A stretch of DNA of 64,000 nt from an uncultured virus (IMG/VR IMGVR_UViG_3300035181_001402) (IMGVR_UViG_3300035181_001402:62001-126000), one strand, 5' to 3'; counted from the first letter of the stretch, positions 37,843 to 47,896 are shown. Program-made: numbers and translations. The notes: a model not told the origin generated them from the sequence alone.

Positions 37843-38676
37843 ATGTACGACGATGCCTCGCTGGACGATTACTGGGCCGTGCTGCGGCCCGAGCCGCAGA
37901 GGCGAACCCCTGAGCCCATGCCGTCCCCTGTGATCTCCCTTGAGACCGCGACCGAATGGGCCAAGACCCTCGGCTCGCCGGGTCACACCCCTCTCATGGT
38001 TGTCCCGGGCACACCGATGGAGCGATGCCTGACTTTTCGAGCAGTGGCCCGAATCGGGGGGATCACCCATTTTGAGTGCGACCCGGAAAACGACGCCTGG
38101 TTGGAGGTGGGCCTCGACACGACCATAGCAGCGCTCGTCTCCTGTCAGGACCTCGATCTGGAGGGCACCATCCGAACGATGGCCGACACGACCCACTACC
38201 TGGAGCACGATGTGTTCCGGCTCCTCTGGGAAATCAGGTTCTTGCGTCGAGAGAACTCGGTTCAAGCTGAGGAGCTGTTCGATATCTTTCGACGGTGGAT
38301 CCGTGATGCACACCTCCGAGAGCATGAGGTACAGAGGCTCCGGGCCCTCGGAGTCTCGAAGTTTCGCACATCCTTCCGAGAGAAAGTGGAAGTGCTGTGC
38401 TTCCTCCGCACCCTCGCCTCTCAGAATGAGATCCAGAGCAGCTTGGTTCTGGCCTTCAATGGGTTGGACCAGGCCATTCAAGCGGAGAACAAGGATGCTC
38501 TTCGCCAGCTCGTGTCTCTCGCCTCTGAAGTCCGACGATGGGCGCTGATCACCCATTGCCCGATCGGCATACTCCTTGGATTCTCGACGACTCGAAGCGA
38601 TACCGCAAAACTCCGCAAGCTCAATCAAAACCTCACCGCCGAATTGGAGGCCGGGCTCGCCTGGTCCAAGTCATGA
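37843..38676 (+). CDS. Hypothetical protein (possibly degenerate P-loop ATPase fragment)
   Basis: GGTGTA upstream; LVLAFNGLD Walker-B-like; N-terminus DDASLDDYW. Confidence 0.6.
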   Translation: MYDDASLDDYWAVLRPEPQRRTPEPMPSPVISLETATEWAKTLGSPGHTPLMVVPGTPMERCLTFRAVARIGGITHFECDPENDAWLEVGLDTTIAALVSCQDLDLEGTIRTMADTTHYLEHDVFRLLWEIRFLRRENSVQAEELFDIFRRWIRDAHLREHEVQRLRALGVSKFRTSFREKVEVLCFLRTLASQNEIQSSLVLAFNGLDQAIQAENKDALRQLVSLASEVRRWALITHCPIGILLGFSTTRSDTAKLRKLNQNLTAELEAGLAWSKS

Positions 38677-39185
38677 TCCGGATCAACTTCACATGTGATG
38701 TCGTCGAACTCGAACCTCTCGACGTTGATGAAGGGGACGAAGACCTCCTCATGCTCGTCGCCACGGCCACAACCCCCATCGGGGGGAATGACCATGTGCA
38801 GCATCAGTTCGCAGCAACGGGGGAATGGGACGACATTCCGATTGCAGCGGGAGCCCGCTCGACGGGGGGACTGGTCTATCGAGAGAGACAAGCCACTCAG
38901 CCGGGGAAGTATCAAATCCGCTCGGCGGTCCGCAATGGGAAAGAATCGCATCGGAATTTCGACCTATCCATCGAACACACGGGGGGCCGAAATCTCAAGC
39001 TCACGATCGAGCCTGGGAGCACCCCTGCGTTCTGGATCATGGGCAACTTCGATCCTGTCAAGACCGGCGCAGATCGTACGACCATCCACATCGAAAACGG
39101 CCAAGTCACGTCGATCGACACGGGGAAGCCGAACGATCAGCGTCGTCCGACGGCCTGGGAGAAGATGGACGACGACGACATCTAG
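38673..39185 (+). CDS. Hypothetical protein with W-tag
   Basis: ATGA overlap; ends PTAWEKMDDDDI. Confidence 0.65.
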   Translation: MIRINFTCDVVELEPLDVDEGDEDLLMLVATATTPIGGNDHVQHQFAATGEWDDIPIAAGARSTGGLVYRERQATQPGKYQIRSAVRNGKESHRNFDLSIEHTGGRNLKLTIEPGSTPAFWIMGNFDPVKTGADRTTIHIENGQVTSIDTGKPNDQRRPTAWEKMDDDDI

Positions 39186-39206
39186 CTCTTGGTGTCCATA
39201 TAAGGG

Positions 39207-39812
39207 ATGCCCCATCAGCTAGACCCCCAAAGCGGCATGGGGATGAGCCCTCCGCGCTGCCTCATCTGCCGGGCCATCTTCAACCCCAACGAGCCGTACA
39301 CCTCGTGTGACCACATCTCGGTTGAGGACCTGTTCAAGAACCCCAAGGTTCAGACCATCTACGACATCGACATGGACGAGAAACCCGTGGGCATGGGTCT
39401 CTCGGGTGAGCGCTTCGACTTGAAGTGCCCCGACTGCGCGAAGACATTCATGCAGCTCCGAAAGTCCATGCACGGGCTCTTCTACGGGTGCCCTTCCTAC
39501 CCCGCGTGCAAGGGCACTCACGGGGCCAATGCAGACGGCGCTCCGAAAGGTATCCCTGGGGATCTCGCGACCCGTCAAGCCCGCACTGCGGTCCACCTGG
39601 TCTTCGACCGTATCTGGAACCAGCCCGGCTCCAATCTGAGCCGAATCCAGGCCTACACCTGGATGGCTGAGACCATGGGCATCCTCCCCACAGAGGCCCA
39701 CATCGCCCGATTCTCCATCGAGATGTGCGGAAAGCTTGCCATCTTGGTGCGAGAACACTTCGGGGTCACGAACGCGTGGGAAGCAATCCTCGACGACTCC
39801 ATTGGGGAGTGA
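39207..39812 (+). CDS. Topoisomerase-type C4 zinc ribbon + DUF3268-like protein with W-tag
   Basis: CPDC..MQLRKS..GLFYGCPSYPAC; AVHLVFDRIW..AYTWMA..AHIA.F; ends NAWEAILDDSIGE. Confidence 0.75.
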   Translation: MPHQLDPQSGMGMSPPRCLICRAIFNPNEPYTSCDHISVEDLFKNPKVQTIYDIDMDEKPVGMGLSGERFDLKCPDCAKTFMQLRKSMHGLFYGCPSYPACKGTHGANADGAPKGIPGDLATRQARTAVHLVFDRIWNQPGSNLSRIQAYTWMAETMGILPTEAHIARFSIEMCGKLAILVREHFGVTNAWEAILDDSIGE

Positions 39813-39816
39813 CGCG

Positions 39817-40104
39817 ATGAAACGCTACCCTGAAGGATGGGTCCCCAAACAGCGTTTGCCGGGGGTTCAGTTGAGGATGAACCAGATAGCTATCACCCAC
39901 AGGATGAAGCTGTCTTGCCCTGTCTGCGAGCGTGGGCCCATGAGGCTTATCGACGGTCCCTACGGCCGCTTCTACGGCTGCAAGCACTGGCCGGACTGCG
40001 TGTCTCGGATTGCGGCCGAGTATGACGGAACGCCGAAGTACCAGAAAAAGAAGCTGCCCCCGAAGTCCTTTGAGGAACAGCTTCTCACGGACGACTTTGA
40101 CTAG
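39817..40104 (+). CDS. Topoisomerase-type C4 zinc ribbon protein
   Basis: CPVC..MRLIDGPYGRFYGCKHWPDC; ends SFEEQLLTDDFD. Confidence 0.75.
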   Translation: MKRYPEGWVPKQRLPGVQLRMNQIAITHRMKLSCPVCERGPMRLIDGPYGRFYGCKHWPDCVSRIAAEYDGTPKYQKKKLPPKSFEEQLLTDDFD

Positions 40105-40570
40105 TCGTTGGTGATCGTCTCGACCGTCCAGTAGGGCGGGAGGGGCTCGGCGACCCGAGCGGGAGGGGCTCGGCGACCCGAGCGGCCATGGCCTGGACGA
40201 CGTCCAGGGGAGTCCCGTGCAGGTTCCGAGCTGCCGCCTTCTCGACGGAGCACTCGATGCGCAGGATGGCCGCTTCGTACCCGAAGGCCGAAGCCGCGAG
40301 CATGTAGGGCGAAATCTCGGAGGCGCACGTATTCGTGTTGTCCACGATGATGAGCGCCTTGTCCGCTTCCAGAGCGCGGAGGAACGAGCGGAAGCACGCC
40401 CCGTGAGCCTCTCCGAGCTTGGACAGATCGTGTTCGTACACGCCTGCCTCGTTGATGAACGAATCGTCCGTGGAGACGATGACGGACTGGGGGACGCCAT
40501 CGATCAACTTCTTGGCGATCGTGGACTTCCCCACCCCAGACGGACCTTGCAGAACGATAACCTTCGGCAT
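40101..40570 (-). CDS. AAA_33 / polynucleotide-kinase-like P-loop protein (C-terminus frameshifted by duplication)
   Basis: GPSGVGKST, STDD, IIVDNTN, RNLHGTP. Confidence 0.85.
40136..40181. repeat. 23-bp perfect tandem duplication
   Basis: (gcgggaggggctcggcgacccga)x2. Confidence 0.95.
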
Positions 40571-40579
40571 GTGTACCTC

Positions 40580-40646
40580 TACACAGGAAGCCCGAGGAGG
40601 ATCAACCAGATTTTCCCTGGTTGATCCTCTGCCTGGTGTTTTTGTA
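40580..40646. promoter_or_regulatory. Back-to-back divergent class I promoters
   Basis: Minus copy at 40580..40606 and plus copy at 40620..40646. Confidence 0.75.
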
Positions 40647-40654
40647 GGAAGGTC

Positions 40655-40927
40655 ATGGCCCTCGCCACCCTCCCTGAAATCTCGAAACAACTTCGAGAGA
40701 TCGCAGCCCTGGTTTCGCAGAGTACCCGCGCGTACTGGGCGATCATGCACCTGGCTGAGGACCTGGCTGAGGACCTGGAGGACTTCAAGAACCCGCGTCT
40801 GGTTGGGGCTGCGAGCTTCAACTTTCGGGATCTGGCCTGGCGACCGAATACAGACGGGGATGAGGAAGCTGCCCTTCTTCTCGCCGCTGAGTACCTCCAA
40901 CTGAACGACGAAGACTGGGAAGTATGA
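40655..40927 (+). CDS. Hypothetical protein
   Basis: Class I promoter 8 nt upstream. Confidence 0.7.
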   Translation: MALATLPEISKQLREIAALVSQSTRAYWAIMHLAEDLAEDLEDFKNPRLVGAASFNFRDLAWRPNTDGDEEAALLLAAEYLQLNDEDWEV

Positions 40928-42249
40928 CGACCGGCCAAATGCACTTTCGGATCGACGGAGACGACTTCACCCGCATCGCCAGGGACTTCTTTCTGGAGGA
41001 GCGCCCTGATGCTGCGTGGCGCTTCATCACGGAAGGCCTGATGGGCGGGGAGCCGGGACAAGCCGAGTACTACGCCAAGCTCATCCTCAACGGGAAGACC
41101 AAGCTCGTCGGCAACGAGACGGTGGGCCTGGAGCCGGTCGACGATGACGCGGCGGACTTCCAAAAGCAGGCCCGGTACATCTACGCCGGCCGCATCCGTA
41201 AAGAGGGACGATGGTGGCGGCCGAGAGCCAAGGTCACGAACTTCGGCCCCGAGGATTGGCCGAAGGGTGCCGTGGCAGGCGACCGGGCTACCACGGCAGG
41301 CAAGGCACAGCTCCACGAGATCGGACGTCAGCGCGTCGCTCACTACGGGCTCAAGGATGAGCGCGTCTTCGATGTCGAGGGGGACTCCCTCATCTTCGAA
41401 CCGACCGGAGAGCCGCCGCATTGGTGGCCAGTCAACCGGACGACGGATGCCGCTCTCAAGGACTTCCTGGCCGCCGGGCGCAAGCTGGAGCTGTATGGCT
41501 GGTCGCGTCGCTACCAGGCCCACACCAAGAAGATCACCCCGCCGCCCCTCACGGACGACGATAAGCAGGCCATTGCTGCCAAGCGGGCCAAGGAGGACGA
41601 AGAGGATCGGAAGGAGATCGCTGCCTTCTCGATGAAGTGCATCACCATCGGGGCTCAGGTGGTGCTTCAAGCTGGCGACGATACGTTCGAGCTGCCCTTG
41701 GAGGACGGGTCGACGATCAAGGTCCCGCGGGCACCCTTCGAGAACTGGGCCCTCCGGAACACGTCGCTGAGCCACCTTGCCCCGCCGTGGAAGTGTATCT
41801 CCAGTCCGGGTATGAAGATGCCGGGGGACGATGTCAACCACACGGACTGGGTTCTCGGAGCCTGGCAGACCCTCAAGTCGGCTTACGAGGGCCTGGTCAA
41901 GGATGCCTCCTGGACTGCACGCTTCGACCTTCAACGGAAGCTCGGCAACTGGGAGTGTGGTGTCGTCGTCTCGGGGGAGGATGTGACGGGGGAGGTCGGC
42001 AAGGACATCCTCGTTCTGTCCGACCTCGACCCCAAGAACCTCGAAGCCGTGATGAAGTCGAAGGCCGTCATCACGCAAGCGGGAGGAAGGCTCGCGCACC
42101 TGGCTCTGGTGGCGATGGAGCACTGCGTCCCGATCCTGCTTGTCCCCGACGCTCTGACTCGCTACCCCAAGGGGGCGAGGTTGACCCTCTCGCCGAAAAA
42201 CGGGAGGATACACACGCGGGAAACCGGGGCCATCTACGACTGCGGTTGA
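40924..42249 (+). CDS. Protein with C-terminal PEP-utilising phosphohistidine swivel domain
   Basis: ILVL..LDP, AVITQAGGRLAHLALVAMEHCVP. Confidence 0.75.
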   Translation: MTTGQMHFRIDGDDFTRIARDFFLEERPDAAWRFITEGLMGGEPGQAEYYAKLILNGKTKLVGNETVGLEPVDDDAADFQKQARYIYAGRIRKEGRWWRPRAKVTNFGPEDWPKGAVAGDRATTAGKAQLHEIGRQRVAHYGLKDERVFDVEGDSLIFEPTGEPPHWWPVNRTTDAALKDFLAAGRKLELYGWSRRYQAHTKKITPPPLTDDDKQAIAAKRAKEDEEDRKEIAAFSMKCITIGAQVVLQAGDDTFELPLEDGSTIKVPRAPFENWALRNTSLSHLAPPWKCISSPGMKMPGDDVNHTDWVLGAWQTLKSAYEGLVKDASWTARFDLQRKLGNWECGVVVSGEDVTGEVGKDILVLSDLDPKNLEAVMKSKAVITQAGGRLAHLALVAMEHCVPILLVPDALTRYPKGARLTLSPKNGRIHTRETGAIYDCG

Positions 42250-42279
42250 TCCCGGCCACCCTCTTGCTGTAGGTGAAAC

Positions 42280-42519
42280 ATGGACCGTCGAACCAACTAC
42301 GAAGATCGCACCATCCGTCGTCTGACCCGCGTCATGTACCCCAAATATGTGGAGGTCGTGAAGAAAGGGGTGACGCAGGGCGACATCTGGACCCTGAATG
42401 TCTCCGGGAAGAAGTTCCTCGCCCTCGTCGGCGACGGCAACATCACCGTGATGGCAGAAGGTGGGGGCTTCCGTCAGGTGGGCACCCCCAAGCGCCCCAA
42501 GTCCACCCCCATCTTCTGA
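42280..42519 (+). CDS. Hypothetical protein
   Basis: Class I promoter at 42245..42271. Confidence 0.7.
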   Translation: MDRRTNYEDRTIRRLTRVMYPKYVEVVKKGVTQGDIWTLNVSGKKFLALVGDGNITVMAEGGGFRQVGTPKRPKSTPIF

Positions 42520-42737
42520 CCATGTCGACCCCTCAGAACCTCTCCCTGGAAGAGCGCCGTCGTCTCTCTTGGGCATCGTTGCACTCCCATGGGGATGCTA
42601 CGCAACGATGCCCGGTGGTTCACTGCGAGCACAACCGTCCGCTGGGACCTATGCCGGGCTCCTCGTGTTGCTGCTCGTGGTGTCGAGGCGGACCGTGGCT
42701 GATAAAAGAGCCCGCGCCCAGTTCGAAGGTGTAATCT

Positions 42738-43211
42738 ATGGCGATGAACCCCGACGCCGTTGCAGTGTGGCAAGACTTGAAGACGTGGGCGCTCCCTATC
42801 TTCGAGTGGTGCAAGGTGCATCCCTGGGGGGTTCTTGCGCTCAACGCGTTCTTCTTCCTCGGGTGTTTCGACTCCTACCTGAGAGGGGCTCGCAAGCACC
42901 GTCGCATTGCAGACGCCTTGCAACGCCTGGACAGAGCGAAGATCCAAGGACTGGAAGAGGAGGTGCAGAGGCGCACCCACCTCCAAGGTCGAGCCCAACA
43001 AGCGATTGCGGATCTTCGAGAACAGATCGCGGCCCTTCGCCCCGCGGGCGACACCTCACCTGAACTCTTCCCCGAGATCCCTTCGCCTCCCAAGAAGGCC
43101 CCGCGAAAGTCTCGGGCAAAGAAGATCCCGCCGGAGCCGACCACTTGGCACTCAAAGCTCCTCGAAGAGGGCGATGAGATCGGGACGGTCGAGAACACCG
43201 AGAAGAAGTAG
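42738..43211 (+). CDS. Membrane/coiled-coil protein with near-terminal W-tag
   Basis: TM segment; PTTWHSKLLEEGDEIG. Confidence 0.7.
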   Translation: MAMNPDAVAVWQDLKTWALPIFEWCKVHPWGVLALNAFFFLGCFDSYLRGARKHRRIADALQRLDRAKIQGLEEEVQRRTHLQGRAQQAIADLREQIAALRPAGDTSPELFPEIPSPPKKAPRKSRAKKIPPEPTTWHSKLLEEGDEIGTVENTEKK

Positions 43212-43214
43212 ACG

Positions 43215-43946
43215 ATGCCTACCCCTGACGACGACAACCTCAAAGAATACTGGGAAGACCTACAGGTTGGGCCGGTCCCTGAACCCGCGCTCCCGAACTT
43301 CTACGGGAAGCATCCTGGAGACCTCGTCATCGGGACATACAAAGATCGGGTCCTCGTTCGGATTCACCCTGACGGCACTCTGACCTACGGCCCGGACTAC
43401 ACGCCGGATGAAGCTGCGGTCGAGTTCTGGACGCAGATGTGCGTCCGTCGTTTGGAGTCCGAAGAGCGGGTGATGCACCTCGGAGTCGTCGAGTCGATGC
43501 TCATTCGCATGGGGAACGCCGACCTCAACTATGAGAACCGACGGAGGCAAGCGCAAGCTGAGGGCGCCACGGACCACGATCGCTTCCAAGCAGAGATGGC
43601 CCTTCGCAACCTCGAAGCGATCGTCCACCAGACGATCGAATTTGGACGGGGCTTGGTTGCTCGCCCGGATCCTCCGGCTCCCATCGTGCCCGACCCTGAC
43701 CCCATCATAGACGGGCCCCCTGTCGACTACAACTCGTCTCCCATCGTGGATCCCCCTCCGACCCCGCGACCCTCCATTCGACAAGATGCGTGGGACATTA
43801 TGACGAACAGACTCGAAGAGGCTGCTATTCGTCGCTCCACGGAGCACAGGCTCGCGCCTGGGTTCGGCAATGGCGTTGGGCCTTGCGTGTGCGGAGCTGC
43901 TTGGGATTTCAGGCAGCGTCGATGCTCTACCAGGAATTCTGGTTGA
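43215..43946 (+). CDS. Hypothetical protein
   Basis: N-terminus DDDNLKEYW; YTPDEAAVEFW. Confidence 0.7.
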   Translation: MPTPDDDNLKEYWEDLQVGPVPEPALPNFYGKHPGDLVIGTYKDRVLVRIHPDGTLTYGPDYTPDEAAVEFWTQMCVRRLESEERVMHLGVVESMLIRMGNADLNYENRRRQAQAEGATDHDRFQAEMALRNLEAIVHQTIEFGRGLVARPDPPAPIVPDPDPIIDGPPVDYNSSPIVDPPPTPRPSIRQDAWDIMTNRLEEAAIRRSTEHRLAPGFGNGVGPCVCGAAWDFRQRRCSTRNSG

Positions 43947-43976
43947 CCCTCGCATCCTTCAATTCGTAGAACAGTA

Positions 43977-44702
43977 ATGAAAGACTTCTCCTTCGAGACG
44001 GTTGATCAGCTCCTCGAAAAGGCGTTCGATCTCGACTACTTCCACACCTTCGAGGAAGACGGGTTCACCGAGCCAGCCATCCCGCACCTCTGGGTTCCGG
44101 GCAACTGCCCGCTCGTGGTCATCGTGGGCGAGAACGCCAGCGGGAAGAGCTTCATGCGTCGGATCGTCCAGGGCATGTGCCAGCGGTCGGAGATGGAGTG
44201 CATGACCATCTCGATGGAGGGCCGTCGAGGAGGCTTCGCGCCCCCGATTGTGACCGCATTGATTTACGGCGACGAGATGTACAACTCGACGGGGCAACTT
44301 TCAGGCAACACCGTGACCGCCGGGATCAACACATGTAAGAGCCGTGACAAAGACCACGTCATCTTCTGGGATGAGCCGGACTTCGGGCTCTCCGGCGGAT
44401 GGTCGGCGGGCGTCGGGATTGCGATTCGAGATTTCGTCACAGAGATCCCGAAACACACCAAGGCCGCCTTCGTGGTTTCTCACAGCAAGGACCTGGTCAA
44501 GGAGCTGCTCCCCCTTCGTCCGCACTATGTCCACCTCGGGTCCACCGAGCACCCGGACACGCTTCAGGCCTGGCTCGACGCGCCCTCGATCCCCAGGGCC
44601 ATCGGCGATCTGGACGCGGTCTCTCACGCTCGGTTCAAGCGGATCCAAACTGTATTGGACGCACTGAAGAAGCCGCTTGCAAAAGCGACGACGGCGAAGT
44701 AG
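43977..44702 (+). CDS. ABC/AAA-type ATPase
   Basis: GENASGKS, STGQ, VIFWDEPD.GLS, VVSH. Confidence 0.8.
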   Translation: MKDFSFETVDQLLEKAFDLDYFHTFEEDGFTEPAIPHLWVPGNCPLVVIVGENASGKSFMRRIVQGMCQRSEMECMTISMEGRRGGFAPPIVTALIYGDEMYNSTGQLSGNTVTAGINTCKSRDKDHVIFWDEPDFGLSGGWSAGVGIAIRDFVTEIPKHTKAAFVVSHSKDLVKELLPLRPHYVHLGSTEHPDTLQAWLDAPSIPRAIGDLDAVSHARFKRIQTVLDALKKPLAKATTAK

Positions 44703-44741
44703 GCTGGTTTCTCTGGGTCGGTCGTGGTGAGTGGGCATGGG

Positions 44742-44774
44742 AGCCCGGGAAGTCTTGGCTTCCCGGGCTTTTTT
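44742..44774 (+). terminator. Intrinsic terminator
   Basis: agcccgggaag-loop-cttcccgggct followed by T run. Confidence 0.85.
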
Positions 44775-45517
44775 CATTGGCCCACGCCAGGAAGACGCAC
44801 GAGCTTCAGCGCTCCGTTGTGGCTCACGAGGGGCGCCAGCTCCGGGCTCCGGAACACGTCGAACAGGTGCATGTCCTGACCGTCGACCGTGCAGCCCAAC
44901 GAGACGAGGGTGACCGTCTGGCTGTAGTCCGTGTGCGCCATGTTGTGTTGCCACCCACAACCCTGAATGACGCGGACGAAGCGCCCCTTGGAGTCCTTCG
45001 TGAGAGAGACATTGGCTTCCCCTCGGATGCCCTTGAACCCCACGCCCTCGAAGTGCCAGCCGTAGTTCTCGACGAAGCCCGGGTGGGAGAGAATCGCGTT
45101 GTCGATGACCCAGTGCTTGCCGACGTTGCACACGATGCCCTGGGGGTTGCCTTGAGCGGCAAGAGCTGCATCGATCCGTGAGCTGTGTGCGAGCATCGCC
45201 GCCGTGGAAGAATCGAACGGCTGAATCGACGGCTCCAAAGAGACGGACTTCTGCGCCCAGATGAGATCCGCCAGCTTCGGGGTGAGCAGAGAGCAGCCGA
45301 GAAGATCCGCGAGGTGTTGCTCTGTCTCGGCGGAAGCGTTGATCCGGATGCCCTCGATTTTGAGGGCATCCGAGAAGACCTGGAACTCGGCGTGGTGCTC
45401 GCCATGGTCGGAGGTGACCGTGGACCACAGAATAGGGTCGAAGGTCCCGTCTGCGACGAGTGCTCGGATCGCCTGCTCACGAGCAAGCCCAGCGGACGGA
45501 GGAAGGTTCAGGATCAC
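44774..45517 (-). CDS. Conserved hypothetical protein (NYGWH...H..DYSQ family)
   Basis: LLTPKLADLIW, KHWV, NYGWH, HNMAHTDYSQ. Confidence 0.75.
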   Translation of the reverse strand: MILNLPPSAGLAREQAIRALVADGTFDPILWSTVTSDHGEHHAEFQVFSDALKIEGIRINASAETEQHLADLLGCSLLTPKLADLIWAQKSVSLEPSIQPFDSSTAAMLAHSSRIDAALAAQGNPQGIVCNVGKHWVIDNAILSHPGFVENYGWHFEGVGFKGIRGEANVSLTKDSKGRFVRVIQGCGWQHNMAHTDYSQTVTLVSLGCTVDGQDMHLFDVFRSPELAPLVSHNGALKLVRLPGVGQ

Positions 45518-45550
45518 ACTGAGGATCTTCCTAAAAAAACCCTATACACG

Positions 45551-46594
45551 ATGGCCATGATCAGACTTCGTGTACCGCCCGAGACTGCTCAACTCTTGAA
45601 GCAGATCGACCTCAAGGGATTTGGGAATCCGGAACCCATGGATCAGGCGCACATCACGCTGCTCCATCTGGGGGACGATGTGCCCATTGAGACTCTGACC
45701 GAGGCCATTCGTGTGCTGTACGATGTAGCCTCGAAGACCAGGCCATTCTCAGTGCAGACGAGTCGAGCGGCAACTTTCCCTTCTCAGGAGGGGAAGAAGA
45801 CCCCCATGATCGCTCTGGTGGACTCCAACGCCCTTCACGACTTCCACCGAGTTCTCCAGGACGCCTTCGACTCAGCCGGGGTCGATTTCTCGAAGAAATG
45901 GCCCGAGTTCAAGCCTCATGTGACTTTGGGGTATTCTGAAGACCCGTTGGTCGACGCAGATCACGTATTCGACGAAACTTTCCCTACGGTCGAGTGGGGC
46001 GCCCATGAAGCTGTGCTTTTTGGGGGTGATAAAGGAAAGCAGACCATCATGGTGACAACCCCCTTCTCTCTGAGCCCATTTCGACAGGCCGTTCGACAGG
46101 CCATGTCACGAGCTGCAAACCGGCCCTACGAGCACGACCAAGAAGCTCGCACCGAGAAGCGAGTCTTCATCGACCGAGCAAGGCTTCTTGCCCGTGCTGC
46201 GGAAGTCTCCGACGACGCATGGATGCACAACTTCGCTCGGGATATCGCAACAAGGCTCGAACGAGCGGGCACCACCTGGAACCTATCCCCGGCTCAAAGT
46301 GCCACCCTCGAAAAGGGGTTCGCTCGCTACCGTCTCTTGATGTCGCAGCCGGCGGAGATCTCCAGGCTGTTGGCCGAGAAGCAACAGGGGGCCCGATCCA
46401 AGTTCGAGGAGGAAGAGCGCATCACCAAATTGCGGATTCGCTGCATCAAGCTCATCGACACAGCAACGGAGCAGGATGACATGTGGGTCGCGAACTTCGC
46501 GAAGAACGTCAACACCCTGATGAGGGACAAGAAGCCCCTCTCTTCACGTCAGAGCGAGATGCTGGAGAAGAGCCTCAAACGCTACAATCTGTGA
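45551..46594 (+). CDS. 2H phosphoesterase (2'-5' RNA ligase/Acb1-like) with duplicated C-terminal domain
   Basis: HITL and HVTL motifs; two DDxWxxNFA..LSxxQS..LEK repeats. Confidence 0.85.
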   Translation: MAMIRLRVPPETAQLLKQIDLKGFGNPEPMDQAHITLLHLGDDVPIETLTEAIRVLYDVASKTRPFSVQTSRAATFPSQEGKKTPMIALVDSNALHDFHRVLQDAFDSAGVDFSKKWPEFKPHVTLGYSEDPLVDADHVFDETFPTVEWGAHEAVLFGGDKGKQTIMVTTPFSLSPFRQAVRQAMSRAANRPYEHDQEARTEKRVFIDRARLLARAAEVSDDAWMHNFARDIATRLERAGTTWNLSPAQSATLEKGFARYRLLMSQPAEISRLLAEKQQGARSKFEEEERITKLRIRCIKLIDTATEQDDMWVANFAKNVNTLMRDKKPLSSRQSEMLEKSLKRYNL

Positions 46595-46964
46595 TGTTTG
46601 AAGCCCAGTAGATGACGTCCTTCTGAGAGTACGACCTCGCGTGCCCCATCTCTTCGAGCCATGCGAGACCATGCCGTAGAAGGGCAGAGGAGACCCCCGA
46701 CGTCTTCCGCCACGCTTCGAGCTGGGGCCACGTCCGAGGTTCCGACAAGTACTTGGAGATGGGGGCGGTCCACCCCACCCAACAAGGGTCCGTGAGAGCG
46801 GGAGCCCGCACATCCGAGAGCCGGTGATCGAACTTGTTCTTGGGGTTTCCAGGAACAGGGACGGGTTTTTTGGTGCGGGAAGGTCTCTTCACAGACGGGA
46901 CTTTTGCTGCGGGGGCCACGTAGGAAACAGGGAACCCCAAGTCGTCTTCCGTCTCTTGCCACAT
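46575..46964 (-). CDS. Hypothetical protein
   Basis: GGTGTA 10 nt upstream. Confidence 0.65.
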   Translation of the reverse strand: MWQETEDDLGFPVSYVAPAAKVPSVKRPSRTKKPVPVPGNPKNKFDHRLSDVRAPALTDPCWVGWTAPISKYLSEPRTWPQLEAWRKTSGVSSALLRHGLAWLEEMGHARSYSQKDVIYWASNITDCSV

Positions 46965-47028
46965 CCCCCGTCCCTACACCGACACTTTTATCGTTGCAGG
47001 ACTCCCCAAAGAATCGTAGGAAATAGGT

Positions 47029-47856
47029 ATGGCCACCGTCATTGCTCAATGCAAGAGCTGTCATCAGATGATCTATTGGGAGGACCACATCGCGGGAGCT
47101 TGCTCCTGTCTTGAAGGCTCCTTGCGTCAGCTTCTCGCTCAGAAGCAACACGAACCGCGAGTCAAGCTACAACGACCAGCAACAATGGCCCGAACCGCGA
47201 GTCAAGCTGCGATCCGTCAACAGCTCCCCGACCTCACCCCCGAGATGCTCCTATCGAGCAGCGCCCTCCGAGAGATGAGGGCCGCCGAAGGCTACACGCA
47301 GCGCATGCCCGTTCCTCGGGCTCCCCGAGAGGACAGGAACGTCTTTCGGCGTGAGTATGCAGCCTCCTTCGACTCCGAAGATGAGCCCGCTGAGGACCCG
47401 GCGGCGTCCCTGGGGAGCCTGGAGGACATCTGGGGTGGGGCTGTGGCGAGGGATACCGGGCGGCGAGGAAGCCTCGACATCGATTTCTCGACCGGGGAGC
47501 TGGATTACGATCCCCCTGTGCAGCAAGCGAGGCCTTCGGGAATGGGGGCAGCCAGCCAGCCGCGCTTCAATGTCACGCGCCCCCCGACGGATCAGACCGC
47601 GTTCCGTCGAGAGCTGGTTGGGGCCAACATGCGAGAGATCGGACGAACCCGAAACGGGCAGGTCATCTTCTCGGATCGGAGCACCCGCTCGGTTGACGAA
47701 CCCGCGCCCCGTCCGAGCTTCATCGAGCACACCTCCAGGGCTGTGCCTGCCCCTCAAGCAAACGCCCGTACTGCGGCGATTCGAGCTGCGGAGCATGCGA
47801 AGCTCCCGACGGCGTTCGAGGTTCTACAGAGGCCCTTCCTCGAAGACGACGACTGA
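47029..47856 (+). CDS. Hypothetical protein, N-terminal Cys motif, low complexity
   Basis: CKSC..CSC; ends PTAFEVLQRPFLEDDD. Confidence 0.7.
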   Translation: MATVIAQCKSCHQMIYWEDHIAGACSCLEGSLRQLLAQKQHEPRVKLQRPATMARTASQAAIRQQLPDLTPEMLLSSSALREMRAAEGYTQRMPVPRAPREDRNVFRREYAASFDSEDEPAEDPAASLGSLEDIWGGAVARDTGRRGSLDIDFSTGELDYDPPVQQARPSGMGAASQPRFNVTRPPTDQTAFRRELVGANMREIGRTRNGQVIFSDRSTRSVDEPAPRPSFIEHTSRAVPAPQANARTAAIRAAEHAKLPTAFEVLQRPFLEDDD

Positions 47857-47896
47857 TTTGGGGTCGTCTTGGGGGTCCGTGGTGTAACCTAGAGCC

